Positions 38,501 through 49,675 of a stretch of 64,000 nt of DNA are shown here, one piece after another. The translations under genes and the position numbers were made by a program. Below the pieces are notes generated by a model, which did no database searches, had not been told where the DNA came from, and worked only from the letters and a program-made list of their open reading frames with translations. The stretch lies in contig JBEWZL010000270.1 of the NCBI GenBank assembly GCA_045837725.1, positions 62,001 through 126,000 on the forward strand. The letters run 5' to 3'. This DNA is from Vermamoeba vermiformis (taxonomy: Eukaryota). How positions within the stretch are numbered: position 1 is the first letter of the stretch; each line of letters opens with the position of its first letter.

Positions 38501-40922
38501 AGGAAGTACCTATTTGGCGTTCTTAGTGAAACATCAGCCGTTGCTAACGAGCACCCAACAAAAAGACGCTAACGGCCAAAAGACCATGTTTGCGGTGTTG
38601 GATTACTTGCCCATGACTGACTTGCAATCTGTCGCTGTCAAAGAAGCTATTTTGGTACGGCTTTTGTCTATAAAACTCAATCCTAATGACGCGTACTAAC
38701 TCCAAATTTAGTTCTTGAGCGGATATTTGGACGAAGTTAGTTACAGACCTGCTGGAATTACTACGCAAAAAACGGTTGGATTTACAAACGTAAGTAATTT
38801 TTAAATATTAATAGAAGCATGTCTAACACAACAGCGACGTCGAATTTGAATGCAATAATAATATTTATAATGATATTAGTTTTTTGGATCTTTTTGGATT
38901 CAGCAGATCCGTTACATACTGAGCTACAATGACTAATGAGTATAATCTTTAGATCAATACGAGACTAGAAAGGATCAAATTAGAACAACTCATTAACTTG
39001 CTGACGACCACTGAGCGCAAGACATTGAAGACTAAAGCAGTGGAAGGTGAACAATTGACCTCGAGCAATGACAGCACCGGCAACGGACCATTATCGGGCT
39101 CAAAAGAGAACTTATCGCTATCTAGTAGCAGTGCGGGACTAGGCTTGCACAAGACTAAATCATCGCCGGGCACGAAACGATTGTCCGTTGAAGACTTTAA
39201 CCACGCGATGTTGACTCAGTCAACGCCGGTCAAAGTCGATCCGAACACCCCGCCTATGACCCCGAGTCCTAGTCAAGGTCTATCGAGGTCATTGACTACA
39301 CCTGACGCTAGGAACCTCATTAATATCATCAACATCTCGCCGCGCATCAGATCTTCGTTGAACATGTCGCAGATCAGCCCTGCTCCGAGCGGCTTAACAT
39401 CACCAAATACAGAGTTTAGTATCCAGAAGGAAAAGCCTACTGAAAGCCCCTCCGTAAGAGTAATAGCATGGCTTAATTAGGAAAAAATTTATTGACGAAT
39501 TTCTCAGAAACGATTTTTCGATGGCTTCAAACAACTGTTTGGCTTGCATCAAAGCCAGAATAATGTTGAACCATCAACTAGTGTTTCGAACAAATCGCCG
39601 GTGACTTCACCAGCATACCCTGTCTTCACTTCAATAGATCTCGATCGCGCGTTATTCGTCGCTGCCATGGCAAAAGCTTTGCAAAAATTAAGCGGACAAG
39701 GAGTGACGAGTAAATTAGCGCAATCGATAGCTGCACAGTATAGAGACCTTCAAGTACGTACCTCAATTTTAACAAATATTTCTTTTTTTCGGATCCGAAC
39801 ATCATTTTCCATAAAAGGAAAATGCAGTACAAAATACATCGGTATCTCATGATGTGATTTTAATTCTATTCTTATCATATTAGGTCCAACAAGCTAATGC
39901 GCTCTATTACTACATTCTATCGAGTGTTAAAGACGCATTGACGAGCGGTCAAATCGACGAAACTGAAGCCCAAAAGATTGAATTCCAAATGCTACAAAGT
40001 TTCCACGACGCGGCACAAGAACTGTTCTTCCCTGTGCCGCAAGAGTTCAATTCGAGATTCGCGTCATTTGCTTTCAGATGCTTGCCTCCTGAGTAAGTAA
40101 CCTCACCCAATTTTTCATAGTCTTAGTCTCATAATGCTTTTATATAATATAATAATGATACTCCAATGCTCCAAAGATATTGCGGCATTATTAATTTGAA
40201 GCGGATGTAGCTTAAAAAAGATTGAACGAACCGAACTTGAAATAACAAATAATAATTGCACTACATTAAGAAATTTTTAATTGGTGCTAATTTCGGTTTT
40301 AATATATAGGATTGCTAAGCAATACGTAACTCGAGGAGTGATCGATCCGAATCCAGAAGTCGCGTTAGAGTTCTTACGCAGCTATCAAGCAGATCATCCC
40401 GATGAAGACCCTGCACAACTCATTCACTTTTTCATGAACCATTTCGACACGTTAGAAGCACTCGACGTGATTGAATACTGCGAGAAGTTGAATCTGACGT
40501 ACTTGGCTGAATGGCTGATCGCGTCGTACGAATCAAATGCGATTGGAAAAGACACGTGGGTTGATATGGAAGGAATAGTAGACTCGGATTTCTTGCCGCT
40601 AGATGTTTATTTAACTTCACTACGGATCAAAGCGGATGTGCCTAGCGATAATTTTAAATTTATCGACGACGAGATTAAGAAGGGTGCATTGGCTATATTC
40701 GATTTAGAACGATATAATAATCCTAATAATAGTAATAATAACGATAGTACTAATAATAGCGCGGACAGCAATGTCGAAAATAACGGATCTGTTGCAGAAG
40801 ATAGTAATTACGAGAGCGGAGTTAATACGAATGAAAGTAGTAATAATAATAGCGCGAATAGATTGGACGCGATTAAAGAAGAGTCGACGGAAGATCGGGT
40901 TGAAGAACCAACAATGTTCTGA
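35571..40922 (+). CDS. GSAP: Gamma-secretase-activating protein (GSAP/pigeon)-like, multi-exon
   Basis: N-terminal IKIVGQESEG, CVGATINNERNLLIFT, MLMVYIPGYFIQWIDC, C-terminal FPVPQEFN..F..LAFRCLP, QYVTRGV and DFLPL. Confidence 0.6.
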
Positions 40923-41343
40923 AATCAACAACCATTAATGTGAATAAAAATCAATGATTAGGAACTCATGTAAATAGATAACTATTACATACAATTGCAC
41001 CGTCCTACTAAGTCCGGATCCAGGCTGAAAAGTACTGGAGGCACCGCAAAAAAACTTGTTCTTTTTGAAACAATATCTGTCTACCACAACTGAAGACTCT
41101 CATGCGCAAAGCCGCCAAAAATTAAGTGATGAATAAATGGCAACTAAACAACTGCATTCAGGGTGCTGACAAAGGATCCAAGATGCGATCGAGGTATTTA
41201 TTCCAAATTTAATCCAAAAAATTAATCTATGCCGTAATTAATTACATAATATTAACCATTACAATATGTAAAATTAATACACTGCAATCTGTAAAACAGA
41301 TAATTTATTTCGCTAATAGTCTCCAAAACTCTCATTAACTAAA

Positions 41344-42564
41344 TTAACCCCAGCCGTAGAAAGTTTGATTGTTACCCAACAAGTGTGCGTGGCAATCTCT
41401 CGCAGCTCTGTCGCAGTTAGTCATCCACTGGTGCATGATCGTAGCGTTCCAACCGTTCCACCAATCAGCGTGATAGGAATAACCGCCGACTTCGCTCTCG
41501 CTGTACATATCCGACGACAATCGCCAGTACAATGGTGCGTCCTTCTCCTTGACGGGCCAGTTGATGTTGATCGTGATGACCGGGATCGCGACTGGATGCG
41601 TTGGCGGACATCTGCCGTAGTAAGGCCAGGCCATGTGACTCTTGTGATCAGGGCTGTCGAGATTGACACCGTCCCAGCACTGCGGGAAATCAATGCCAGC
41701 GTGAAGATAGTCGCCCACATCGCAATTGATCACGTGATTTGTTCGACCGTAAGTGGTACCATCAGCGCGTTGACATTCAAAAAGGCCTTCAGCTTGGTCC
41801 ACTGACATGGCCTTAGCGTTGCCAGAGATCATGCGAAGTCCGTGCGGCGGATCTTGCACCCATTGTGGCGCAATGCCGAGGTAACCAGTCTTGTAGTAGA
41901 AGATCGATGTTTTCGCCATCAGCGGAGTTCCATCACGCGTGTCGACCAGCGGAGCGACCCAATAGCCACTTCTATTCATGATACCACCAGGGCACGTCGA
42001 GTCACCGCTAGTAGTTAATGATTCGGTATTAGAATTGGCGTTGGTTCCTTTGTTGCCGAAAAACATGTGCAGATGCGATGCGCCAGGCTGACCAGGGAAC
42101 ACCACAGGATCGTCGAAGAGCATGTGGCTATAGTCGCATGAAATTCTGAAGGAGCCAATGTTGTCATCCGGAACTGCAGGCTCCTCATCCGTCGCGCGAA
42201 TGCGAAGATCAGAAAAACCGACATTGCCAGGAGGAATCTTAGTGACGTCAATAAGCGGTCCTCCGTTCTGGGGCTTAGTAGGAACAGTTGAAGTGTTCTT
42301 CGGGGTGAATAATTGGCATTCAGTCACTTTGAACGGGCCGTACCATCCGAAGTAGTCCCAGCTGCAGGTTCCGTAAGCAGTGTCTTGGAAATTTCGCCAG
42401 TTAGTGCCATCGCCATATCTAATTATTCTAAAGCCAGGCAACGGAAGCGTATATTGTTCGCCTTCTCCTGCGATCTTCGTCCAGGTGCCTTCAGGTAGTG
42501 TAAAAACACAAAACGCGCTTGAAACAAGCAACGCCAATGCAAATAATACTAAATTTACTTTCAT
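41344..42564 (-). CDS. Secreted DUF1996-domain protein, copy 1, intronless
   Basis: Signal peptide; FRISC..SHMLFDDPVVFPGQPGASHLHMFFGN, NRSGYW, FPQCWDGVNLDSPDHKSHM, CPPTHPVAIP, HADWWNGW. Confidence 0.88.
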   Translation of the reverse strand: MKVNLVLFALALLVSSAFCVFTLPEGTWTKIAGEGEQYTLPLPGFRIIRYGDGTNWRNFQDTAYGTCSWDYFGWYGPFKVTECQLFTPKNTSTVPTKPQNGGPLIDVTKIPPGNVGFSDLRIRATDEEPAVPDDNIGSFRISCDYSHMLFDDPVVFPGQPGASHLHMFFGNKGTNANSNTESLTTSGDSTCPGGIMNRSGYWVAPLVDTRDGTPLMAKTSIFYYKTGYLGIAPQWVQDPPHGLRMISGNAKAMSVDQAEGLFECQRADGTTYGRTNHVINCDVGDYLHAGIDFPQCWDGVNLDSPDHKSHMAWPYYGRCPPTHPVAIPVITININWPVKEKDAPLYWRLSSDMYSESEVGGYSYHADWWNGWNATIMHQWMTNCDRAARDCHAHLLGNNQTFYGWG

Positions 42565-43074
42565 GGCTTGTTTAAAGTTACTGAAAAATAATTACACTAC
42601 CGATTTTAGCTTTTATTTTAGTTTACGAGATTTTTGTGATCCAAAAGACTCGTCACATCCAAAACAAATGTGATCAAAATGTCACGTATAATGTACAAGA
42701 TAGATAGTAATCTAGCTATCTAACTCGCATATAATCAATCGCTGACTTACTATTATTTGACACTAACCAATGATTCAAATTCGTAGCCCGAGCTGAATTT
42801 TCATTGGATCCGTTAAAATCCAGGCAGCGCACATTGAACCGATAAACTAGGCGCTTAATACAGCGAGTCAGATCGAACGTATTGCTTTGCCTAGTCATTG
42901 AGTAAGTTTCAGAAGTTGTCCCATTGTACACATCCAGCAGTATTAGTGAATTCGGATGTGACGACTGAGTTGTCACAATTGACCAATAAGATTTGACGAG
43001 TGGACGAAAAGCAAATTTAAATTATTTTGGTTAATTGAATCATTGTTAAGATATCAAATCGTAATCAAGCCACG

Positions 43075-43743
43075 ATGCGCTCGACTATTATATTTATTGC
43101 TGTTGTATTAACGTTAGCCAGCGCTGCTACGAAGACTTGCCAACCCACATCCGGCATCGCGAACTCACTTTGCGGCAACGAAACTCACAACGCTTACGTA
43201 ATTCCTGCTAAAGTCTGCGCATATGGTCCTGTTGATGTATCAGCTACTTCATGCGTGGCACAAGTGTTCAATACCTGGCAGTTGGTCTGTCCGAAAAGAA
43301 ACAAAGATCTGACGAGCTTTTGTCAAGGCTGGGGTGGTTTTGAAAATATTGATTATTCTTCACCTTGTTGGGTACTTCAAGAGTGCACCAGCGACGCTGA
43401 CTGTGCTGCAGTTGATCCTCCGTTCGGTCCTAGTCAAACTAAGAAGTGCTACGAGTGCTGCGAGTTGTGCTACGACGACTGCGCATCCAGAGTTGGTGAC
43501 TGGTACGCCGCTCAGGGCGATACAGACTGCACGCCTTGCCCATACACAGCTACTCCTCACACTTTGCCGCCAATTTCTCCGGTCGCACATACCTCTCCCG
43601 TAAGCGACAACTCCCCATCCAGTACTAATACTCCATCAAAGTCTTCAAGTCCTAGTGGTAGCAGCAGCAACATTTCTTCGGGATGGACCGTTCAACCCTT
43701 CGTCTTTGCCGCTCTAGTTTTGCCGATGATCGCTGCTTTCTAA
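43075..43743 (+). CDS. Cys-rich secreted, probably GPI-anchored protein, copy 1
   Basis: Signal peptide, Cys-rich domain, Ser/Pro/Thr stalk, hydrophobic C-terminus. Confidence 0.8.
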   Translation: MRSTIIFIAVVLTLASAATKTCQPTSGIANSLCGNETHNAYVIPAKVCAYGPVDVSATSCVAQVFNTWQLVCPKRNKDLTSFCQGWGGFENIDYSSPCWVLQECTSDADCAAVDPPFGPSQTKKCYECCELCYDDCASRVGDWYAAQGDTDCTPCPYTATPHTLPPISPVAHTSPVSDNSPSSTNTPSKSSSPSGSSSNISSGWTVQPFVFAALVLPMIAAF

Positions 43744-43983
43744 TTGCGATAAATTTAGCTCATAATTTCATTGTATGTATAGATTGGTTGGAATAATAAA
43801 GATTCTCATTAAATTCAAATTGCATCTGGATCCTATCGTAAGATTTTCTTGCAGAATAGCGAAAGATTTTAGTCTGCAACTTGAGTCCCGAATTAGTACT
43901 AATAATTATTCGTCTACGCTGTTAAGGCTATTTACTAATATTACAAGTGAAGCAGGTCCAGTGATTGCGATGAACCGTACTCG

Positions 43984-45174
43984 TTAATAGAACATCTGAT
44001 TGTTGCCCAACAAGTGCGCGTGACAATCAGCCGGAGCTCTGTCGCAGTTCTCCATCCACTGGTGCATAATTGTCGCGTTCCAACCGTTCCACCAATCAGC
44101 GTGGAAAGAATAACCGCCCGGCTGACTTTCATCGTACATATCTGATGACAATCTCCAGTGCAATGGCGCGTCTTGTTCTTTCACCGCCCAGTTGATGTTG
44201 ATCGTGATGACTGGTATCGCGACTGGATGTGTTGGCGGACATTTGCCGTTGACAGGGAACGACATGTGGCTCTTGTGATCAGGGCTGTCGAGATTGACGC
44301 CGTCCCAGCACTGCGGAAAATCAATGCTCGCGTGCAATCGTTGCCCGACCGCGCAATTGATCACGCGATTGGTCCTGTTGTACCCGCCCGCATCGTCTTG
44401 ACACTCCCAAGTACCCAAGCCGTCAGTCGATGCCATGGCCTTAGCATTGCCAGAGATCATGCGGAGTCCGTGTGGCGGATCTTGCACCCATTTCGCGGAA
44501 ATTCCGTAGTAGCCCGTCTTGTAGTAGAAGATCGAGGACTGCGACATTAAAGGCGTTCCATCGCGTGTATCAATAATAGGTGCGACCCAATAGCCACTTC
44601 TATTCATGATACCGCCAGGGCACGACGAGTCGCCACTAGTAGTTAATGATTCGGTATTCGAGTTGGCATCTGTTCCGGTATTGCCAAAGAACATGTGCAG
44701 ATGCGACTCGCCAGGCTGACCAGGGAAGACAATAGGGTCATCGAAGAGCATATGGCTATATCCACATGAAATTCTAAATGCTCCAACACCATCTCCTGAA
44801 GGTGCAGGTTGCTCATCGGTATGCTGGATGCGAAGATCAGAATAGCCGCCATTGCCAGGAGGAATCTTAGTGACGTCAATAAGTGGTCCTCCATTTTTAG
44901 GCTTAGTGGGGACGGACGTGTCCGTTGGGGTGAACATCTGGCATTCATTTGGCGCAGGTGAACTATACCATACAAAATACGTTCTGCTGCACGTTCCATA
45001 CGCTGAATCTTGCAAGTATCGCCAGTTGGTGCCATCACCAAATCTAATTACTCTAAAGCCAGGCAATGGAAGCGTATAGTTTTCATTTTCGCTCGCGATC
45101 TTCGTCCACGTACCAGCGGGCAAACTATAGGCGCTAGAAACAAGCAATAAAAATACAATTATTAAATTGTTCAT
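43984..45174 (-). CDS. Secreted DUF1996-domain protein, copy 2, intronless
   Basis: Paralog of 41344-42564 with the same motifs; start MNNLIIVFLLL. Confidence 0.88.
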   Translation of the reverse strand: MNNLIIVFLLLVSSAYSLPAGTWTKIASENENYTLPLPGFRVIRFGDGTNWRYLQDSAYGTCSRTYFVWYSSPAPNECQMFTPTDTSVPTKPKNGGPLIDVTKIPPGNGGYSDLRIQHTDEQPAPSGDGVGAFRISCGYSHMLFDDPIVFPGQPGESHLHMFFGNTGTDANSNTESLTTSGDSSCPGGIMNRSGYWVAPIIDTRDGTPLMSQSSIFYYKTGYYGISAKWVQDPPHGLRMISGNAKAMASTDGLGTWECQDDAGGYNRTNRVINCAVGQRLHASIDFPQCWDGVNLDSPDHKSHMSFPVNGKCPPTHPVAIPVITININWAVKEQDAPLHWRLSSDMYDESQPGGYSFHADWWNGWNATIMHQWMENCDRAPADCHAHLLGNNQMFY

Positions 45175-45682
45175 TTGTTGTCGCCGTGTGTTGAACGGAA
45201 ATAAATAAAATTGCAATAAAAATCTCTCAGTAGATTTTCTGACCCTGGAAAAGCTATGTAATGCAGGACAAATAGCGAATCTCGTTGCAATACTCGAAAT
45301 AATGCGTAGGTACTACGAAAGATGACGATTTTGATCACCTTTCTCTTTAGAAAGGTTGATTCAGTTAAGTAAGGCTAAGCTTGATTTTCTCCGCTCTGCC
45401 TCGTGCTTTTAGTCTGAAACTAATAGAATATGCGTCATACATAGTAATCTACCGGAAGGCATTCAAAATGCGCTTAAAAGAAGCGTTTAAACGATACTTA
45501 CAGACTTTACCGCTCCGTACAAGCATAACGAAATGTTCTCATGGAAAGAAGAGGTTATACTGCGTCTAGTCAAGTTATATGGACCCTATTTAAGAAGGAG
45601 AATCAGTCTCGGTCGACGTGACTTTAAAGTTTGATTCTGGCCAAATTTAGTATTATTCTACTTCAACTTGAAAGCGAACACC

Positions 45683-46288
45683 ATGCGAGCTATATTATTA
45701 TTTTTGATATTTGTATTTGTTACCTTCGCTTATGCAGCGACAAAGACTTGCCAACCCACATCTGGCGTAGCGAACTCACTTTGCGGCAACGAAACTCACA
45801 ACGCTTACGTAATCCCTGCTAAAGTCTGTGCATATGGTCCTGTTGATGTATCAGCTACTTCATGCGTGGCACAAGTGTTCAATACCTGGCAGTTGGTCTG
45901 TCCGAAACGAAACAAAGATCTGACGAGCTTTTGTCAAGGCTGGGGTGGTTTTGAAAATATTGATTATTCCTCACCTTGTTGGGTACTTCAAGAGTGCACC
46001 AGCGACGACGACTGCAATGTAGTCACTCCTCCAGCGGCCGCATCGGCATCTAAAAAATGCTACGAGTGCTGCGAGTTGTGCTATGACGACTGTGCATCCA
46101 GAGTTGGCGATGAATATGCAGCACAAGGTGATACTAATTGCACACCTTGTCCGTACACAGCGACTCCTCACACTTTGCCGCCAATCCCGACCACAACTCC
46201 TGGTGGAACGAAGTTATCAACTGGATGGAGTATTTTACCATTGGCTATTACTTTCTTAATTATGGTGATGGTTGCTGTATTTATATAA
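45683..46288 (+). CDS. Cys-rich secreted, probably GPI-anchored protein, copy 2
   Basis: Paralog of 43075-43743 with a near-identical core; start MRAILLF. Confidence 0.8.
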   Translation: MRAILLFLIFVFVTFAYAATKTCQPTSGVANSLCGNETHNAYVIPAKVCAYGPVDVSATSCVAQVFNTWQLVCPKRNKDLTSFCQGWGGFENIDYSSPCWVLQECTSDDDCNVVTPPAAASASKKCYECCELCYDDCASRVGDEYAAQGDTNCTPCPYTATPHTLPPIPTTTPGGTKLSTGWSILPLAITFLIMVMVAVFI

Positions 46289-46532
46289 ATTAGTTTGTTG
46301 GAGAACCAAATCGAATCTGATTTTGTTGGTTTCAAAAATAGCTAAAAAAAAGGCTTTGCTGCCCACGATAATGAAGAATTCGGTGCACTAAACGTATTCT
46401 TTACTATCCTGGCTTTTTTCTTGTGGTATTTTGTTTGGGTGCAAAATCGGGACTAAACGCCTAAATTGGAAATTTCTTAATGACACATTTTAGCAAGCTC
46501 CGTAATAACAATCAACATTTGAATCAGCTATC

Positions 46533-49131
46533 ATGGAGAACACTAAGGTCCCTATACAAAAGCTGCACGTTCGAAATATTTTTCAATTATTCGTCCCGAT
46601 CAGCTCGAATATTAAATACGACGTTGCTTTAACGACAACACCAAGTTTTGGATTTACATTGACGCAACAAAATGCACCAGAATTTTGTTACCATTATCAA
46701 ATACAATTATTTGCAAATGACAAAAATATGAAAGGCGAGATTGTGGAAACGGAAGCGGTGGATTGTTTCAGTTGGGCCAAAAGAAATCCATTTATTATTC
46801 AACCGAACCACGAGGAAGCTGGCATTACATTACGAATGAAAATAGACCACGGAACATTTGATTTTCGCAAGATCAAAAAGCGTCCGATCAAGATCTACGT
46901 AACCTGCTTCAGCGCTGGCGTCTTCTTGCAACGAGGCTCCACCAAAATATGCAAATTATTACCGAAGAAGCGCCATGCAGAGTATTCTAACGTAGATTCT
47001 GAAGGTAAAGCAACAACAGTAAACGTCAGAATCAATCCGGAAACATTTCAATTTACGCGGTCAAACATATGAATTGTCTCGCCATATAATTCAATAGCCT
47101 TATTAAACCTATTTTACGGAATTAATCCTCGTTTAAATCAACTCTAACGAAAACTTTTTTTTAGTGTTGATCCCGGTGTCTTGGAATAACACCAATCTCG
47201 CTCTAGTTCATCCTACTAAAATAGAACCTGCACATGACAGTTCATATTCTGACCGCAGAACGTCCGAAGACAATTCTTCGCCGGATGTAGGCGATAACGA
47301 CGCGGAGTCAAATTCCATGCAGATCATGAACAGCTACGACGTCGATATGTCGCCGAGTTACGAGCAAGAACAACACCCTATTCACCCGCCAGTAGTCTTC
47401 AATAGCCACCTTCAAATGCACATGCGGTAAGTGATTTGTGGATTCGGAGCCGCAGTACGGATTTCGGTCTTAAACTTCATAAGCTTTTCCGTAATTGAAT
47501 AAGTTACTCATTAGTCATATTACTATATTATAGCGATTTCGAAAATGAGCCTTACATGCTATTGGTCAATGGCAACGCGGAAGTCGTCGGAAATTTTCGA
47601 GCGCTCAACTTTTACAAGGCTTCAGATATCAATATAAAAGAAGATATTAGGCTCTTATGCGAAGGTAATCATTTTGCGAATTTAGTCTCGCGGTAGTACA
47701 TTTCGGAACGTTATGTCGAAGTTGCAATCATTGACATTTTTTTTGACACTTTGACACTTTTAGATCGAGATCCGAGAGAAGCACTGCTGAAGATTGACGG
47801 AGTCGAGTACAAGTTCAGGAGTGGTGTAGGACATACTACGAACAAACGCTTCGTCGGTTACATCGCCCAACAGATTGAAAGTATTGTGCCTGAAGCCGTT
47901 CAATTGATTGACGGTAAGTTTTTTTTTTACCTAATTCAATTGAAGAAAGTACTTTCTTACGGAAATATTTATTTGTTGCGCAATTTAAGTAATTCAATTA
48001 ATTAATTATAATTTAGGGATTTTGCACGTTGATTACGAGTCGCTGATCCCGTACTTGAGCGAATCTGTCAAACAGAATTTTAACGATATTAAGAACGTTA
48101 AATCCGAAACCGAACGAATTCAAAAAATCGTCGATTTATTATACGCAGAATTTTTGAAGAAAAGCAAGATTGAAGAGAAGATCAATGGATCAACATCCAA
48201 AACACCATCAGTTACCGAGAAGATGCCATTTTTTGGCAAGAAGTCATTGTTATACTCCATAATCGCCGTAACATTGGTTATCGGAGCCGCAATTGGCATA
48301 TTTTTGGCGATAACGTTCAGTACATCCGGAGACCCATCCGATGATAAGCCGACAGCTACCGTTCCGTTGTATCAGTTCGGAGGTCTAGACCCTAGCAATG
48401 ATATTCCTGAAGAGCGACAAGCGTTAATTGATTTATTTATGGCGACTAATGGCTCGAATTGGAAATTGAAAGCAGGCTGGCTCAAAAATACCTCGTACTG
48501 CTCGTGGTACGGAGTCTATTGCGGCGATGATCGAAAAGTGATTTCGCTGCGATTTGATAACAACAATTTAGAAGGCACCATTCCCGAGTCAATCGTTGCT
48601 CTAGATTCGCTCATCACTTTCGAAATCCGAAACAATTCGAAATTGACTGGAACACTTCCAAAGGCTATTTCTGAATGGAGAAAGCTCGGCACATTCGATG
48701 TATCCAACAATCAACTGAGCGGACAGCTGCCGAGGATGAATAGCGAAGAATTAATGGATTTTGTTGTCAGCAACAACAGATTTGACGGAACCATTCCGCT
48801 GATCAAAGCAATTAATTTCAATACTATCGCACTGGACAACAATCAACTCACTGGAAGTATTTACAATCTGAAGGACCTCAACTTCGTCGCGAAATTTCTG
48901 ATCAACAACAACAAACTGACCGGCGATCTAATGTTATCGAAGAACTTTTTGCTCTCAGTAGATACATTCGACGTCTCTAACAATCAGTTCACCTCGACTG
49001 TTGAAATTGCTAGGCTCCCTGCCCCACAAACGGCGATCAATTTCAAAAGATGCAACGTATCTAGCAATATTTGGGATTGCCCTATTCCTTCGTGGATGCG
49101 AGAATTCTGCGACGGAAATTGTACAGTATAA
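46533..49131 (+). CDS. MYRF-like membrane protein: beta-rich N-domain, peptidase S74/ICA autocleavage domain, coiled coil, TM helix, C-terminal LRR ectodomain; 5 exons
   Basis: Exons 46533-47004, 47165-47426, 47534-47664, 47764-47912, 48017-49131 join in frame; VNGNAEVVG..YKASDINIKEDI, GYIAQQIESIVPEAV, LHVDYESLIPYL; TM LLYSIIAVTLVIGAAIGIFLAI; LRR cap ERQALIDLF..W..W..CSWYGVYC and N.L.G.IP repeats. Confidence 0.82.
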
Positions 49132-49675
49132 TTATATCATATCATTATTTTAGCAATTTTATTCTAAATAAAGGCGTTGTACATTAGTTTGACATTATTT
49201 TTTGTCAACTCGATCAGCAACAGTTTTCACACACAAAACATTTGCAAACACGCACAATAGTGTTATTCATGTTACCAACCGATAGATGGAACGCTTAGAT
49301 ACGGTAATTTCAATTTAGATTGTGCACAATCGCTAGATTCGCACCACGCGACATGAAACTGATTTTCTTCTGCATTTTTTATGTCCAAAAAATTAACAAC
49401 ACAGTATCTTGACCTATTTTAAGCACTATAAATTAGCTATGACATCAATGATCTGTGCAATCACAATTAAAAACCAAAATAATATCAAATATCTGTTAAA
49501 TTCCATTAAGTCGCGCAACTTGCACAGCGGCATGAAAAGTTTACGTCGTTTCAGTTTGATTTTATTCATTCTTTCAATATTGCAATAAAATCTGCAACAT
49601 AGCCGTTAGATTCAAATCCAAAATTTTTCATTAGCTTGTTAAAGCCCTATTTCCTTTAAATTATATTACAACACT

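Noticed and set aside
41365-45079. Several overlapping ORFs within the DUF1996 genes
   Set aside because: Shadow ORFs of GC-richer coding DNA; no independent motifs
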